A DNA stretch of 53,844 bases, from the NCBI GenBank assembly GCA_003563855.1, contig PWTM01000251.1, forward strand, positions 1 through 53,844. The letters are read 5' to 3'. Both the position numbers and the translations under genes were made by a program. Source of the stretch: PVC group bacterium (GTDB lineage Bacteria > Verrucomicrobiota > Kiritimatiellia > PWTM01). The notes beneath the pieces were generated by a model. That model was not told the origin of the DNA. It was given only the letters and a program-made list of their open reading frames with translations, and did not search any database. Positions 1 through 8,146 of this stretch are shown piece by piece (the stretch's first letter is position 1; every line of letters begins with the position of its first letter).

Positions 1-1
1 C

Positions 2-235
2 GAGCGGACGCCCCTCCCGCGCCGCAGGCGCCCTGGAGTGCGGCGCCTCGGCGCCGCTCTGTCCGCCGCGGCTCGCCGCGGCGAGGGAAGAGCCCGCCCG
101 GTTTCCCTGTCCGACCGCCCGGCAACCCGGCTGTGCGGCGCGGCAAGCCGCGCCGCGGAAAGCGCGAGCAAGCTCGCGCAGTCCAGGGCGCCGCTTCGCG
201 GCGCGGGCCGGCCGCTCCAAAGCTTGGAAAGGGCG
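2..235 (+). repeat. Multi-hairpin intergenic repeat, family R1 (core GGAGTGCGGCG-N-CGCCGC)
   Basis: Bases 2-60 align to 23169-23227 (GAGCGGACGCCCYTCCCGCGCCGCAGGCGCCYTGGAGTGCGGCG...). Both copies continue as a chain of short GC hairpins ending AGTCCARRRGCGCCGCTKCGCGGCGCGGG. A third, inverted partial copy lies at 16553-16640. Confidence 0.7.
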
Positions 236-321
236 CGCTCATCCGTTTCCCAGTCTTGGAAGCCGTGGTTCGAGCCGGCGATCGAGGGCATCGTCCTCGT
301 CCTCAGCGAGCGAAGCGAGCG

Positions 322-410
322 GTCCTCGTCCTCGTCCTCGTCCTCGTCCGGGAGGATTCCGGGAAGATCGAGAACGAGGACGAAGGACGAGGACGAGGAC
401 GAGGATGGGG
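322..410. repeat. Hexamer-periodic hairpin, (GTCCTC)n arm / (GAGGAC)n arm ending GATGGGG (family H)
   Basis: Left arm GTCCTCGTCCTCGTCCTCGTCCTCGTCC (322-349), ~26-nt loop, right arm GAGGACGAAGGACGAGGACGAGGACGAGGATGGGG (376-410). Lies ~65 nt downstream of the ATPase gene stop. Confidence 0.8.
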
Positions 411-473
411 CACACGACCCCTCGCGCGGGGTTTGCGGTCAGGCCGCCCCCCCCTCCACCCGACACGCGGCGG

Positions 474-2174
474 TCACGTCCGGGCGGGGCGGGGCTTGCG
501 CGTCACGCGCACGAGTTCGTCCACGGACGTCACGCCATCCAGGACCAGGCGCCAGGCGCTTTCGCGCAGCGTGACCAGGCCGGCGCCGATCGCCTCGCGC
601 ATGAGCACGCCGCTGGGGACGCGGTTGACCATCAGCGAGCGGAGCGCGTCGGTCACTTCGAGCACTTCGAAGACGGCCTGCCGGCCCTGGTAGCCGGTAA
701 AGCGGCAGTACGGGCACCCGCGACCGCGACGGACGCGCGGTGGCTCCGTTCCCGCGGGGAGCAGCGTCTCGACTTCGGGCAGGAAGCTGGCGTCCAGCGG
801 CTCCTCTTCGCAGCAGGCTGCACAGACGCGGCGCAGAAGCCGCTGCGCGACGATGCCGTTGACGCTCGAGGCGACGAGATAGGGCTCCAGCCCCATATCC
901 ATCAGACGCGTGACCGCCGAACCCGAGTCGCCCGTGTGCAGCGTGCTGAACACGAGATGGCCGGTCAGCGCCGCGCTGGCGGCGATCTGGGCCGTTTCCC
1001 CGTCCCGGATTTCACCGACCAGCACGACGTCGGGATCGTGGCGAAGGACGGAGCGCAGCCCGGACGCGAAGGTGAAGCCGATCTCCGGCTGCACCTGGAG
1101 CTGAAGGATCCCCGGGATCTGGTATTCGACGGGGTCCTCGATCGTGATGATCTTCCGTTCGTCGGTATTGAGCTTGTCCAGCGCCGCGTAGAGACTCGTG
1201 GTCTTCCCGCTTCCGGTCGGGCCGGTGAAGAGCACCATGCCCGACGGCAGGCCCAGCAGGTCTTCGATCCGTTCGCGCTCCGCCTCCAGGCCCAGTTCGC
1301 GCAGGGCGATGAAGGTCGCCTTCCGGTTCAGGATCCGGAGGTCGAGGGCCTCGCCGTACCGGGAAGGAAGGACGGACACCCGGACATCGAACGGGTCGGG
1401 GCCGGAGCCGATATCGAACCGGCCGTCCTGCGGCATCCGCCGTTCGGCGATGTTGAGCTGGGCCATGATCTTCACGCTGGACACGATGGCGCGCCGGTAG
1501 TCGCCGATCCCCCGGGGAAGCGGAATCGGATAGAGCACCCCGTCGATCCGGTACCTCAACCGGAACCCCTCGTCGCCGGTCGGTTCGAGGTGGACATCCG
1601 TGGCATTGGACCGGATGGCGTCGCGCAGAACCTCGCGGACGAACGCCGGAATATCCGGCTGCGCCGGGGCGTCCGTCCCCGCGTGGCGCGGGCCTTCGGG
1701 AAGGTTCAGGTACCGGTCGACGCCCACCCCGTAGAAATGCTTGATGCTCTCTTCGATCTCGCGGCGGGTCGTCAACACCCAGGCGATCTCGTGCCCGAGC
1801 AGAACGCGGAGGTAGTCGGTTTCCTCTTCGTCCCGCAGGCGATCCGTCGCGAGCGTCAGCACCCCTGCGTCGAACTGCACGGGCATCGTACGGTAGTGGG
1901 CGACGGTGCGAACCGGAACCGCCTCGATCGCCGCGGGGGAGACCCGATCCCGCGCAATCCGGAGCACGGGAATCCCGCTGGCCTCGGAGAGAAGGTCCAG
2001 CAGGTCCGCTTCCTCCAGGCGGCCGCTTCGGAGAAGCAGCCGGTCCAGCGAGAGGCCCATGCGATCGGCTTCGGCGGTGAGCCGCCCGACTTCCTCGGGC
2101 GCCAGCCGCCCGCGCTCGACGAGCAGGGCGGCCAGGTCGGGCGGGGATGCAGGGAATCGGTCCGGCTCACTCAT
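474..2174 (-). CDS. GspE/PilB-family secretion / type IV pilus assembly ATPase
   Basis: 566-aa ORF. N-terminal T2SSE_N/MshEN-like domain, Walker A GPTGSGKTT, DVVLVGEIRD and TGHLVFSTLHT boxes, C-terminal tetra-Cys (CAACC...CPYC). Its ATG overlaps the upstream stop (ATGAGTGA). Confidence 0.93.
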   Translation of the reverse strand: MSEPDRFPASPPDLAALLVERGRLAPEEVGRLTAEADRMGLSLDRLLLRSGRLEEADLLDLLSEASGIPVLRIARDRVSPAAIEAVPVRTVAHYRTMPVQFDAGVLTLATDRLRDEEETDYLRVLLGHEIAWVLTTRREIEESIKHFYGVGVDRYLNLPEGPRHAGTDAPAQPDIPAFVREVLRDAIRSNATDVHLEPTGDEGFRLRYRIDGVLYPIPLPRGIGDYRRAIVSSVKIMAQLNIAERRMPQDGRFDIGSGPDPFDVRVSVLPSRYGEALDLRILNRKATFIALRELGLEAERERIEDLLGLPSGMVLFTGPTGSGKTTSLYAALDKLNTDERKIITIEDPVEYQIPGILQLQVQPEIGFTFASGLRSVLRHDPDVVLVGEIRDGETAQIAASAALTGHLVFSTLHTGDSGSAVTRLMDMGLEPYLVASSVNGIVAQRLLRRVCAACCEEEPLDASFLPEVETLLPAGTEPPRVRRGRGCPYCRFTGYQGRQAVFEVLEVTDALRSLMVNRVPSGVLMREAIGAGLVTLRESAWRLVLDGVTSVDELVRVTRKPRPART

Positions 2175-2784
2175 GGGCGCCCCCGGGGACGGACACCGGC
2201 GTGTCGCGCGGCAGCTCGTGCCGGGCGTCGCCGCGGCGCAGCGTCAGGGTCCGGGAATCGATCCGCTCGACCGCGACCGGCCCCAGCGTATCGCCTTCGG
2301 CGAGAAAGCGACTGTGCCCGGCATCGGCCCACTCCACGAGACCGAGCCTGCGGCCATCAGGGCGCACGAAGACACCGCGATAGACCAGGATGCCCGGTTC
2401 GGGTTCGGGCCCGGGCGGAACGGGTTCCGGTTCGGGTTCGGGTTCGGGCGGCGCAGGCGCCGGGGGGGGCGCCCACCAGGGCTCGCCGGCATCCGGTTCC
2501 GTCTCGAGCGCCGGGGCGTCCAGAATCCCTTCGGCCACGGCGCGTTCCAGGAACCGCGACGTAAACGGAACGACCTCCGGGTGCAGGGGCGGTGCGGGGG
2601 GGCGCGCGGCCGGCGGCTCGGGCTCCGGTCGATCCCGTTCCGCGAGACGGAGCGGGGGATGCGGCCGGACCGGCTGGCGGTCCAGCCACGGGCCAACCAT
2701 CAGCGCGGTAATGAGCACAAGCACCAGCAGGAAGAGCCACCGGGCGTCGACCCGGGAAAGGAAGGTCCAGGCGCGCGGGGTCAC
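2167..2784 (-). CDS. PilP/GspC-like small assembly protein (TM anchor, Pro/Glu-rich linker, C-terminal beta domain)
   Basis: GTG start at 2784 overlaps the upstream TGA (GTGA). 205 aa with one N-terminal TM (WLFLLVLVLITALMVGPWL), a PEPEPEP linker, and a C-terminal ~70-aa beta-rich domain. The 523-aa ORF in the track is an upstream over-extension. Confidence 0.6.
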   Translation of the reverse strand: MTPRAWTFLSRVDARWLFLLVLVLITALMVGPWLDRQPVRPHPPLRLAERDRPEPEPPAARPPAPPLHPEVVPFTSRFLERAVAEGILDAPALETEPDAGEPWWAPPPAPAPPEPEPEPEPVPPGPEPEPGILVYRGVFVRPDGRRLGLVEWADAGHSRFLAEGDTLGPVAVERIDSRTLTLRRGDARHELPRDTPVSVPGGAHE

Positions 2785-3665
2785 GGCGAATCCCCCTCGG
2801 GCAAATCCGGAACGATCTCCCCGTACAGGTCGGCACCCCAGCCGTCTTCGTCGTCGGTCACCTCCGTCTCCTCGGGCGGCGGTGTTTCCCGGAGTGCCAG
2901 CGCGACCACGCGGCTGTCCAGGCGGTCGTGCGATTCGGGGTCGGGAAGCCGGAGCCAGAAGGAGCGCAGGGCGAAGAACTCCCGCTCGTCGTCCAGCGCC
3001 CGGAGCAGGGCGCCGAAACGGTCGTACGAACCCGTGAAGCGCAGGTTGACCGGGTAGGCCGTCACGCCCGGACGATCGGCCGCCGCGTCGGGGAAGCTCA
3101 GCGGGTCCAGCGCTTCCACGTGGGTGATCTCGCGGATCCCCGTGTCGATGCCGCGCTCGAGCAGCAATACCGTGGAGGCCAGTTGCCAGAGCCGCATCCG
3201 GGCCTGCTCGGCCGAGGCGATCGTCTCGGCGATGCCCAGGTCCGCAGGAAGCTTCACGCCTCGCTCCTCGGCGATCCGACCCAGCCGGTCCCTCGCCTCG
3301 AAGAGCGTGACCTTGAAGTCGATGCGGCCTTCGACGCCCGAGGTCAGCACGTCGGAGAGCGTCCGGTCGTCGCGAAGCGTGCGGGCGCGCAGATGGATGC
3401 GTTCGCGCTCGGCGCGCATGCGTTCCGTGGTCGCCCGTTCGCGCTCGAGCAGGACCTCGAGCGGGACCTCGGCATAGCGTTCCGCATACCGGTCCAGCTC
3501 GGCCTGGAGCCGGTCGGCCTCGTCGGCGTGCCGCCTTCGATCGTGCTCGATGGGACGGAGCACCAGCAGGAACGTGGCCGGCGGCGCCAGCAGCAGGACC
3601 GCGAGGGCCGCCGCGATCCGTCGCCGGAGCGTGGTCACGGAGGGTGCGGTGGCGGGCGGCGTCAC
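2781..3665 (-). CDS. PilO-like pilus/secretion assembly protein
   Basis: GTG at 3665 overlaps the upstream TGA (GTGA). 294 aa with a TM (IAAALAVLLLAPPATFLLVL), a coiled-coil segment, and a C-terminal globular domain, in the expected position after PilM/N. The 804-aa ORF in the track is an over-extension. Confidence 0.6.
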   Translation of the reverse strand: MTPPATAPSVTTLRRRIAAALAVLLLAPPATFLLVLRPIEHDRRRHADEADRLQAELDRYAERYAEVPLEVLLERERATTERMRAERERIHLRARTLRDDRTLSDVLTSGVEGRIDFKVTLFEARDRLGRIAEERGVKLPADLGIAETIASAEQARMRLWQLASTVLLLERGIDTGIREITHVEALDPLSFPDAAADRPGVTAYPVNLRFTGSYDRFGALLRALDDEREFFALRSFWLRLPDPESHDRLDSRVVALALRETPPPEETEVTDDEDGWGADLYGEIVPDLPEGDSP

Positions 3666-5143
3666 GGGATGGCCGTCCTGATTTCGAGCGCGAAGAGGCG
3701 GGAGCCGAGGGGCGCCCACAGCCGGTCCCGGTCGGCATCCTGCCGGAGCCGGTCGTCGGCCAGCAGGTCGGCCTCCGCGATGAACGGGTAGCGGCGAAGA
3801 CGCTCGATCATTGCCCGCACGGTGGACAGGTCGTGCGCCGGCGTATAGCCCTCGATCACGAGGTGCTCGACCGGTGCGCCCCCCGCCGGGCCGGACCCCC
3901 GCCCGGCGGCCACCTGTCCCTCGGCCAGGTAGCGCTCGGCGTCCGCGGCGAGGATGATCCAGTCGTCCTCGTGCTTGGCCGACGCCACCGCCTCGAGCGC
4001 GCGCCGGACGACGTCGGCGCCGTGCACCGCGCCCCGAAGCGGGGCAATGCCCCGGCGCAGGGCGAGGTTCTCCGCCTGGCGCGCGAGGAAATCGCGCTCC
4101 AGGTCGGATTGCCGGTCCAGCCGTTCGCGGAGTTGACGTACCCGGCGCCGGTGGTACACCCGCGACCGGTGCACCCGGTAGACGGGAAGCGCCATGCCCA
4201 ACGCGGCACACGCCGCCGCGGCGATCCACCACGGCGCCTGCCGGCGGAGGGTCTGCTGTTCGCGCGCCGCCGCGGGGAACACGCTCAGGCCGATCGGTGC
4301 GCGCCCGAGGCTGGTGAGCGCACAGCCGAGCGCCGGCGTGAACCCGGGGCCGGCGCCCTTCCGGCGCGCCTCGGGGAGATCGGCGGCATCCAGGCATGGC
4401 GCGCCCGCGATCGACCCGATCCGCTCCCGCTCGGCCGCGGACCAGCGGCGTTCGCCGCAGACCACGACCGTCTGCGGGACCGCCCGGCGATCCGGCCAGA
4501 GCGAGCGGGCGAAGGCCAGGGCCGACGCCAGTTCCCGCGCCCAGCGCTTCCAGGCGTCGTTGTCCGGTTCGGCCGCACCGAATGCGCGAAGGCCGACCGG
4601 CAGACGCCGCGCCAGGAGCGGCACGCGGCCCCGGCCCAGGAAGGCGTCGGTCGATTCCGCGGTCACCCGAAGGCACAGCAGCGTGCCCCGGGTCCGCAAC
4701 TGGGCCGCCGCCCCGTTGTAGAGGGCCAGCGGCGCGGGCACGAGGTCCACCAGGTCCAGCCCCCGGACCCCGGCGTCGCGGAAGGCCGCCTCGACCGCTT
4801 CCGCGCGGGCCAGCGCGAAGAGCGCCGCGCGCAATCCTCCCATCCGGCGCTCGCGGCCCAGCGCGCGCACCGTCGCCACATCGCCGTTTCCGTCGAAATG
4901 CGCCGCCTGTTCCGCGAGGGTCTCGGCCGGATGCGCGCCGGGGCGGGGGGCGGCAGTCAGGACGCGCAGAAATACCTGCTCGCCCGAGAGACTCAGCGCG
5001 CAAGCGCCGCCCTCGGGGCCCTTTTCCGGAGACAACCGCCCCAAACCCCGGATCCTGGCACGGAACGGCCAGGGCCGCCTGCGAACGTACACCGACGCGC
5101 CGTCCTCGCCGTGGATGCCCACGATGCCGCGGCGCCGGCTCAT
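3662..5143 (-). CDS. PilM-PilN fusion-like protein (actin-like ATPase fold + TM + periplasmic domain)
   Basis: 493 aa. N-terminal PilM-like segments (IVGIHGEDGASVYV, LVDLVPAPLALYN), central TM (APWWIAAAACAALGMALPVY), coiled coil, and a C-terminal domain. Its ATG overlaps the secretin stop (ATGA). Confidence 0.7.
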   Translation of the reverse strand: MSRRRGIVGIHGEDGASVYVRRRPWPFRARIRGLGRLSPEKGPEGGACALSLSGEQVFLRVLTAAPRPGAHPAETLAEQAAHFDGNGDVATVRALGRERRMGGLRAALFALARAEAVEAAFRDAGVRGLDLVDLVPAPLALYNGAAAQLRTRGTLLCLRVTAESTDAFLGRGRVPLLARRLPVGLRAFGAAEPDNDAWKRWARELASALAFARSLWPDRRAVPQTVVVCGERRWSAAERERIGSIAGAPCLDAADLPEARRKGAGPGFTPALGCALTSLGRAPIGLSVFPAAAREQQTLRRQAPWWIAAAACAALGMALPVYRVHRSRVYHRRRVRQLRERLDRQSDLERDFLARQAENLALRRGIAPLRGAVHGADVVRRALEAVASAKHEDDWIILAADAERYLAEGQVAAGRGSGPAGGAPVEHLVIEGYTPAHDLSTVRAMIERLRRYPFIAEADLLADDRLRQDADRDRLWAPLGSRLFALEIRTAIP

Positions 5144-7125
5144 GGGTCGCCCTGGCCGTCCGCGTTCGACGGCCGCGCCGATGGCGCGCCTTCAATGATC
5201 ATCCCGCCCGCGCCGACGCGGTCCGGGGCGTCCGCCCTGGCGCGCAGCGATTCGCCGCGCTCCGAGAGCACCGTGGCGGTCACGAAGATCAACAGGTTCT
5301 TGTTCTGCTCCGTCTGCTCCGTTCGGCGGAACAGCGATCCGAGCAGCGGCAGGGAGCCAAGGACGGGCACCCGATGCCGCGTCTCCTGCGTGACGGTGTC
5401 GATCAGTCCGCCCAGGACCACCGTCTCTCCGCTCTCGACCACGACCTTGGTCTGCACCTCCCGGCGCGAGATGATGGGCAGCTTGGCGACGACCTGCCGG
5501 ATCGTCGCGCGATCCGGGTCCGGCGCCGTCGATTCGTCCTGGTAGTTGACGAACCCTTCCAGGCGGCTGATCGTCGGCGTCAACAGCAGGCTGATCGTGC
5601 GGAGGTCCGCGCCCACGCTGGGAACGGCGACGAGCGTGATGCCCAGCTCCTGCATCTCCGGCCGGCCCTTCGGGATCAGCGCGGTCACGGTATACCGGCG
5701 GTTGTCCGCGTCCACCAGGGCGAAGGCCTGCGCCTGGAATTCGTCGAAGTACAGCAGGTCCTCTCCGTCGCGCAGCTTGGCCGGGCTGTTGTTGACCGTG
5801 GTCACGCGCGGCACCGAGAGCGTACGGCTGCGGCCGGTGGCCTCGAGCGCGCGGAGCATCACGTCGAACTGCGGCTCGGTCAGGACCCCCGCGTACGTCA
5901 GGTTCACCCCCCAGGGCCCGGGCGGTCGGATCCGGCTGTCCGCTGCGGCATCTTCGCCGAACGGCGGGAACCGGGTCACTTCCCCTTCCCGGATCAGGGT
6001 TCTCGGTTCCCGTACGTCGGTTCCATCCTCCTGTGTCGTCCGCGTACGGGTCACCGCCAGATCGGTCCCCAGGATCCATTCGATCCCCAGCTCGCGCAGG
6101 TCCGCCGCCATCACCTCCATGAACCGCGCTTCGATCAGCACCTGGGGCGGCGTGGTATCCAGCGCCCGGACGATGCGGTCGATCAGCTCGAGGTTCTCGG
6201 CCGTGTTGCGGATGAAGAGCGTATGCGTGTTCCGGTCCAGGTGAACCCGTGCGCCCGGAACCTCGGGCACGAAGAGATCGAGGATCTCCTCGAGGTGCGA
6301 CCGCGTTTCGGGCAATACCGTCGCCTTCTGCGAGAGCATGGCCACGTGGCCCATGCCGCCCAGGGCGTCCAGGTCCCCGCCCCAGTCGGTCCCGTGCAGG
6401 GGCACGCCGCTCGACAGTCGGTAGATGCGGGTCTGGAGCAGCGCCCGCGCGTCCGCCGGATCGGCCGAGGTGACCCAGATCAGGTCCTGGCCGAAGGCGA
6501 AGCGCACGTTCAGTTCGCGGCCGATGTAGTCCAGCAGCTCCCGCACCGGGACCCGGTCGGCGCGGATGTTGACCCGCTCGGCGGCGCCCAGGCCGGATTC
6601 GGCGATGATGTTGGCGCCGGTATCGTCCGCCAGGGCGTCGATGATGGCGGAAAGCGACGCATCGCGCAGGTGCAGCGTGACCGGCCGGTTCAGCAGCGCG
6701 GAAACGGTGCCGTCCGGGATGATCGCCTCCCGCGGCCCGGGCCGGACCAGGCGTTCCAGGCCGAAGCTGTCCGGGATCCGCGCGCGTTCCGTCGCATCGA
6801 GCATGGCCCGCCGGTCCGTCTGCCGGGTCTCGCCGGCCAGCCGCTGGGCGCGCGCATCGAGGACCGCGTCGAGCACCTCGCGGCGCAGCGCCTCCAGCCC
6901 TTCCGGCTGCGGATCGATGCGCGAGAGGTCCAGGACCGCCGCGAGCGCCTCTTCGTAGCGCCCCGCCCGGTACCATGCGCGGGCTTCCTCGAGGGTCGCG
7001 TTCTCCGAGGCATCCGCCCCGCCCGCGATCCCGGGAAGACCGCTGCCCGCAAGCATCCCCGCCAGCGCCAGCGCGCACATCCGGGGAGAACTCCGACGTC
7101 GCAGACCGCGGAAGAACCTGTTCAT
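5140..7125 (-). CDS. Secretin (PilQ/GspD family) with N-terminal TPR-like segment
   Basis: Start taken at MNRFFRGL (ATG 7125) with signal peptide MCALALAGMLAGSG. N-domains are followed by a C-terminal secretin domain (ETVVLGGLI...VPVLGSLPLLGSLFRR...NLLIFVTATV). Confidence 0.9.
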   Translation of the reverse strand: MNRFFRGLRRRSSPRMCALALAGMLAGSGLPGIAGGADASENATLEEARAWYRAGRYEEALAAVLDLSRIDPQPEGLEALRREVLDAVLDARAQRLAGETRQTDRRAMLDATERARIPDSFGLERLVRPGPREAIIPDGTVSALLNRPVTLHLRDASLSAIIDALADDTGANIIAESGLGAAERVNIRADRVPVRELLDYIGRELNVRFAFGQDLIWVTSADPADARALLQTRIYRLSSGVPLHGTDWGGDLDALGGMGHVAMLSQKATVLPETRSHLEEILDLFVPEVPGARVHLDRNTHTLFIRNTAENLELIDRIVRALDTTPPQVLIEARFMEVMAADLRELGIEWILGTDLAVTRTRTTQEDGTDVREPRTLIREGEVTRFPPFGEDAAADSRIRPPGPWGVNLTYAGVLTEPQFDVMLRALEATGRSRTLSVPRVTTVNNSPAKLRDGEDLLYFDEFQAQAFALVDADNRRYTVTALIPKGRPEMQELGITLVAVPSVGADLRTISLLLTPTISRLEGFVNYQDESTAPDPDRATIRQVVAKLPIISRREVQTKVVVESGETVVLGGLIDTVTQETRHRVPVLGSLPLLGSLFRRTEQTEQNKNLLIFVTATVLSERGESLRARADAPDRVGAGGMIIEGAPSARPSNADGQGDP

Positions 7126-7196
7126 GCCTCGACCTCTTTCCTGTACAACGCGAATACCCGCTCCGCCCGACAAAGGCGTCTCGGAACCGAACAGCC

Positions 7197-7225
7197 ATCT
7201 TACGCAGACACCCCCGCGCGCGCAA
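7197..7225 (-). promoter_or_regulatory. Sigma70-like promoter of the secretin operon: TTGCGC-N17-TAAGAT
   Basis: Minus-strand read TTGCGC gcgcgggggtgtctgcg TAAGAT, ~72 nt upstream of the secretin ATG. Confidence 0.5.
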
Positions 7226-7244
7226 GCTGGCGCGGGAAGTGGAC

Positions 7245-7390
7245 TTTTCCCCACTTTTCGGCGTGCGGGGGTGATCTCCCGGGCGGCGTGGTGCGGCGGC
7301 CGTGCCGCTCGCGTCCGCGAAGGCCCCCGCCTTCGCCAAGGCTACGGCGGGCAAGCCGTGAGCGGCGTTGCGGCGGCGCGGCGCGGACAC
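7245..7390 (+). repeat. Promoter-proximal repeat, family R2 (copy 1)
   Basis: TTTTCCCCACTTTTCGGCGTGCGGGGGTGATCTCCCGGGCGGCGTGGTGCGGCGGCCGTGCCGCTCGCGTCCGCGAAGGCC...CCGTGAGCGGCGTTGCGGCGGCGCGGCGCGGACAC. Its reverse complement recurs at 16658-16773. This copy carries a ~29-nt insertion. Confidence 0.8.
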
Positions 7391-7408
7391 GAGTTCTGCG
7401 CCGCCGAC

Positions 7409-7469
7409 CGTCCTGCTCGTCCTCGTCCTTCGAGAACCGAGGACGAGGACGAGGACGAGGGACGAGGGA
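7409..7469. repeat. Hexamer-periodic hairpin (GTCCTC)/(GAGGAC), family H
   Basis: CGTCCTGCTCGTCCTCGTCC, loop ttcgagaacc, then GAGGACGAGGACGAGGACGAGGGACGAGGGA. The loop-arm junction CGAGAAC-GAGGAC is shared with the copy at 322-410. Confidence 0.8.
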
Positions 7470-7686
7470 AAGAGCCCGGGCCCCAATCGTCCACCGCTAT
7501 CGTCGCCCCCTATCGTCGCACGAAAGACACCCGCAAGGACCGGCCACGACAGGGAACCGAGCGCCAGCCCCGCGCGCTCGGGCGACGAGCGCGGACGACC
7601 CGCCTACGCGCTTCGCGCTTCGGCGCGGCAGGCGAGAGCGGGCGACGAGTACGAACTACGGACCACGAGAGCCTCCGCCCTTTTCC

Positions 7687-7717
7687 TTTCAGCGTTTCAG
7701 CATTTCAGCGTTTCAGC
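7687..7717. repeat. Heptamer tandem repeat (TTTCAGCR)x4
   Basis: TTTCAGCGTTTCAGCATTTCAGCGTTTCAGC. An inverted shorter copy, GCTGAAACGCTGAAAGG, lies at 16441-16457. The flanking ACTACGGACCACGAGAGCCTCC also recurs inverted at 16467-16488. Confidence 0.7.
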
Positions 7718-8108
7718 TTTTTCCCTCCTGGTCCGCCTCCGGCCCGGTCTCCGCGCGAATCCAGTCCAGGAATGCCGGCCAGCCGCCCGTGACGGGAAGC
7801 GCCACGATGCAGGGACAGTCGTACGGATGCAGGGCGCGGATTCGGTCGCGAAGCGACGCGAAGCTGGACACGACCGTCTTCGCGATCAGCGCCCACTCGT
7901 CCGCCGCCTCGATCTTCCCCTCCCAGCGGTAGACGGAGTGGATCGGGCCGAGGAGATTCACGCAGGCCGCGAGGCGCGCCTCGACGATTCGGTGCGCGAT
8001 CGCGCGGGCCGTCTCTTCGTCCGGAACCGTGCAGTAGACGAACTGCACATCGTCCGACTTCCGGTCATGAAAGGGCTGAATGTCGCATCGGAGTGAACCT
8101 GATTTCAT
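7713..8108 (-). CDS. cutA: Divalent-cation tolerance protein CutA
   Basis: Conserved CutA core (CTVPDEETARAIA...LAACVNL..SVYRWEGKIE...KT...HPYDCPCIVALPV). Start uncertain: ATG 8108 or in-frame GTG 8048 (111 aa). Confidence 0.85.
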   Translation of the reverse strand: MKSGSLRCDIQPFHDRKSDDVQFVYCTVPDEETARAIAHRIVEARLAACVNLLGPIHSVYRWEGKIEAADEWALIAKTVVSSFASLRDRIRALHPYDCPCIVALPVTGGWPAFLDWIRAETGPEADQEGKS

Positions 8109-8146
8109 CTTGAAGATTCTACGGGATGCGGGTAGGTTGACGCAAT

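Noticed and set aside
405-2564. 719-aa plus-strand ORF
   Set aside because: Antisense to the well-supported GspE/PilB ATPase gene. Arg/Gly/Ala/Pro-rich composition with no motifs, the typical high-GC shadow ORF.
4396-7932. 1178-aa plus-strand ORF
   Set aside because: Antisense to the PilM/N and secretin genes, then runs through repeat DNA. Extremely Arg/Pro/Gly-rich. Shadow ORF.
7124-8096. ORFs 7124-7792 and 7368-8096 (plus strand) in the secretin-cutA spacer
   Set aside because: Composed of R2, hexamer-hairpin and heptamer repeats (RTRTRT, SAFQ repeats), and partly antisense to cutA.
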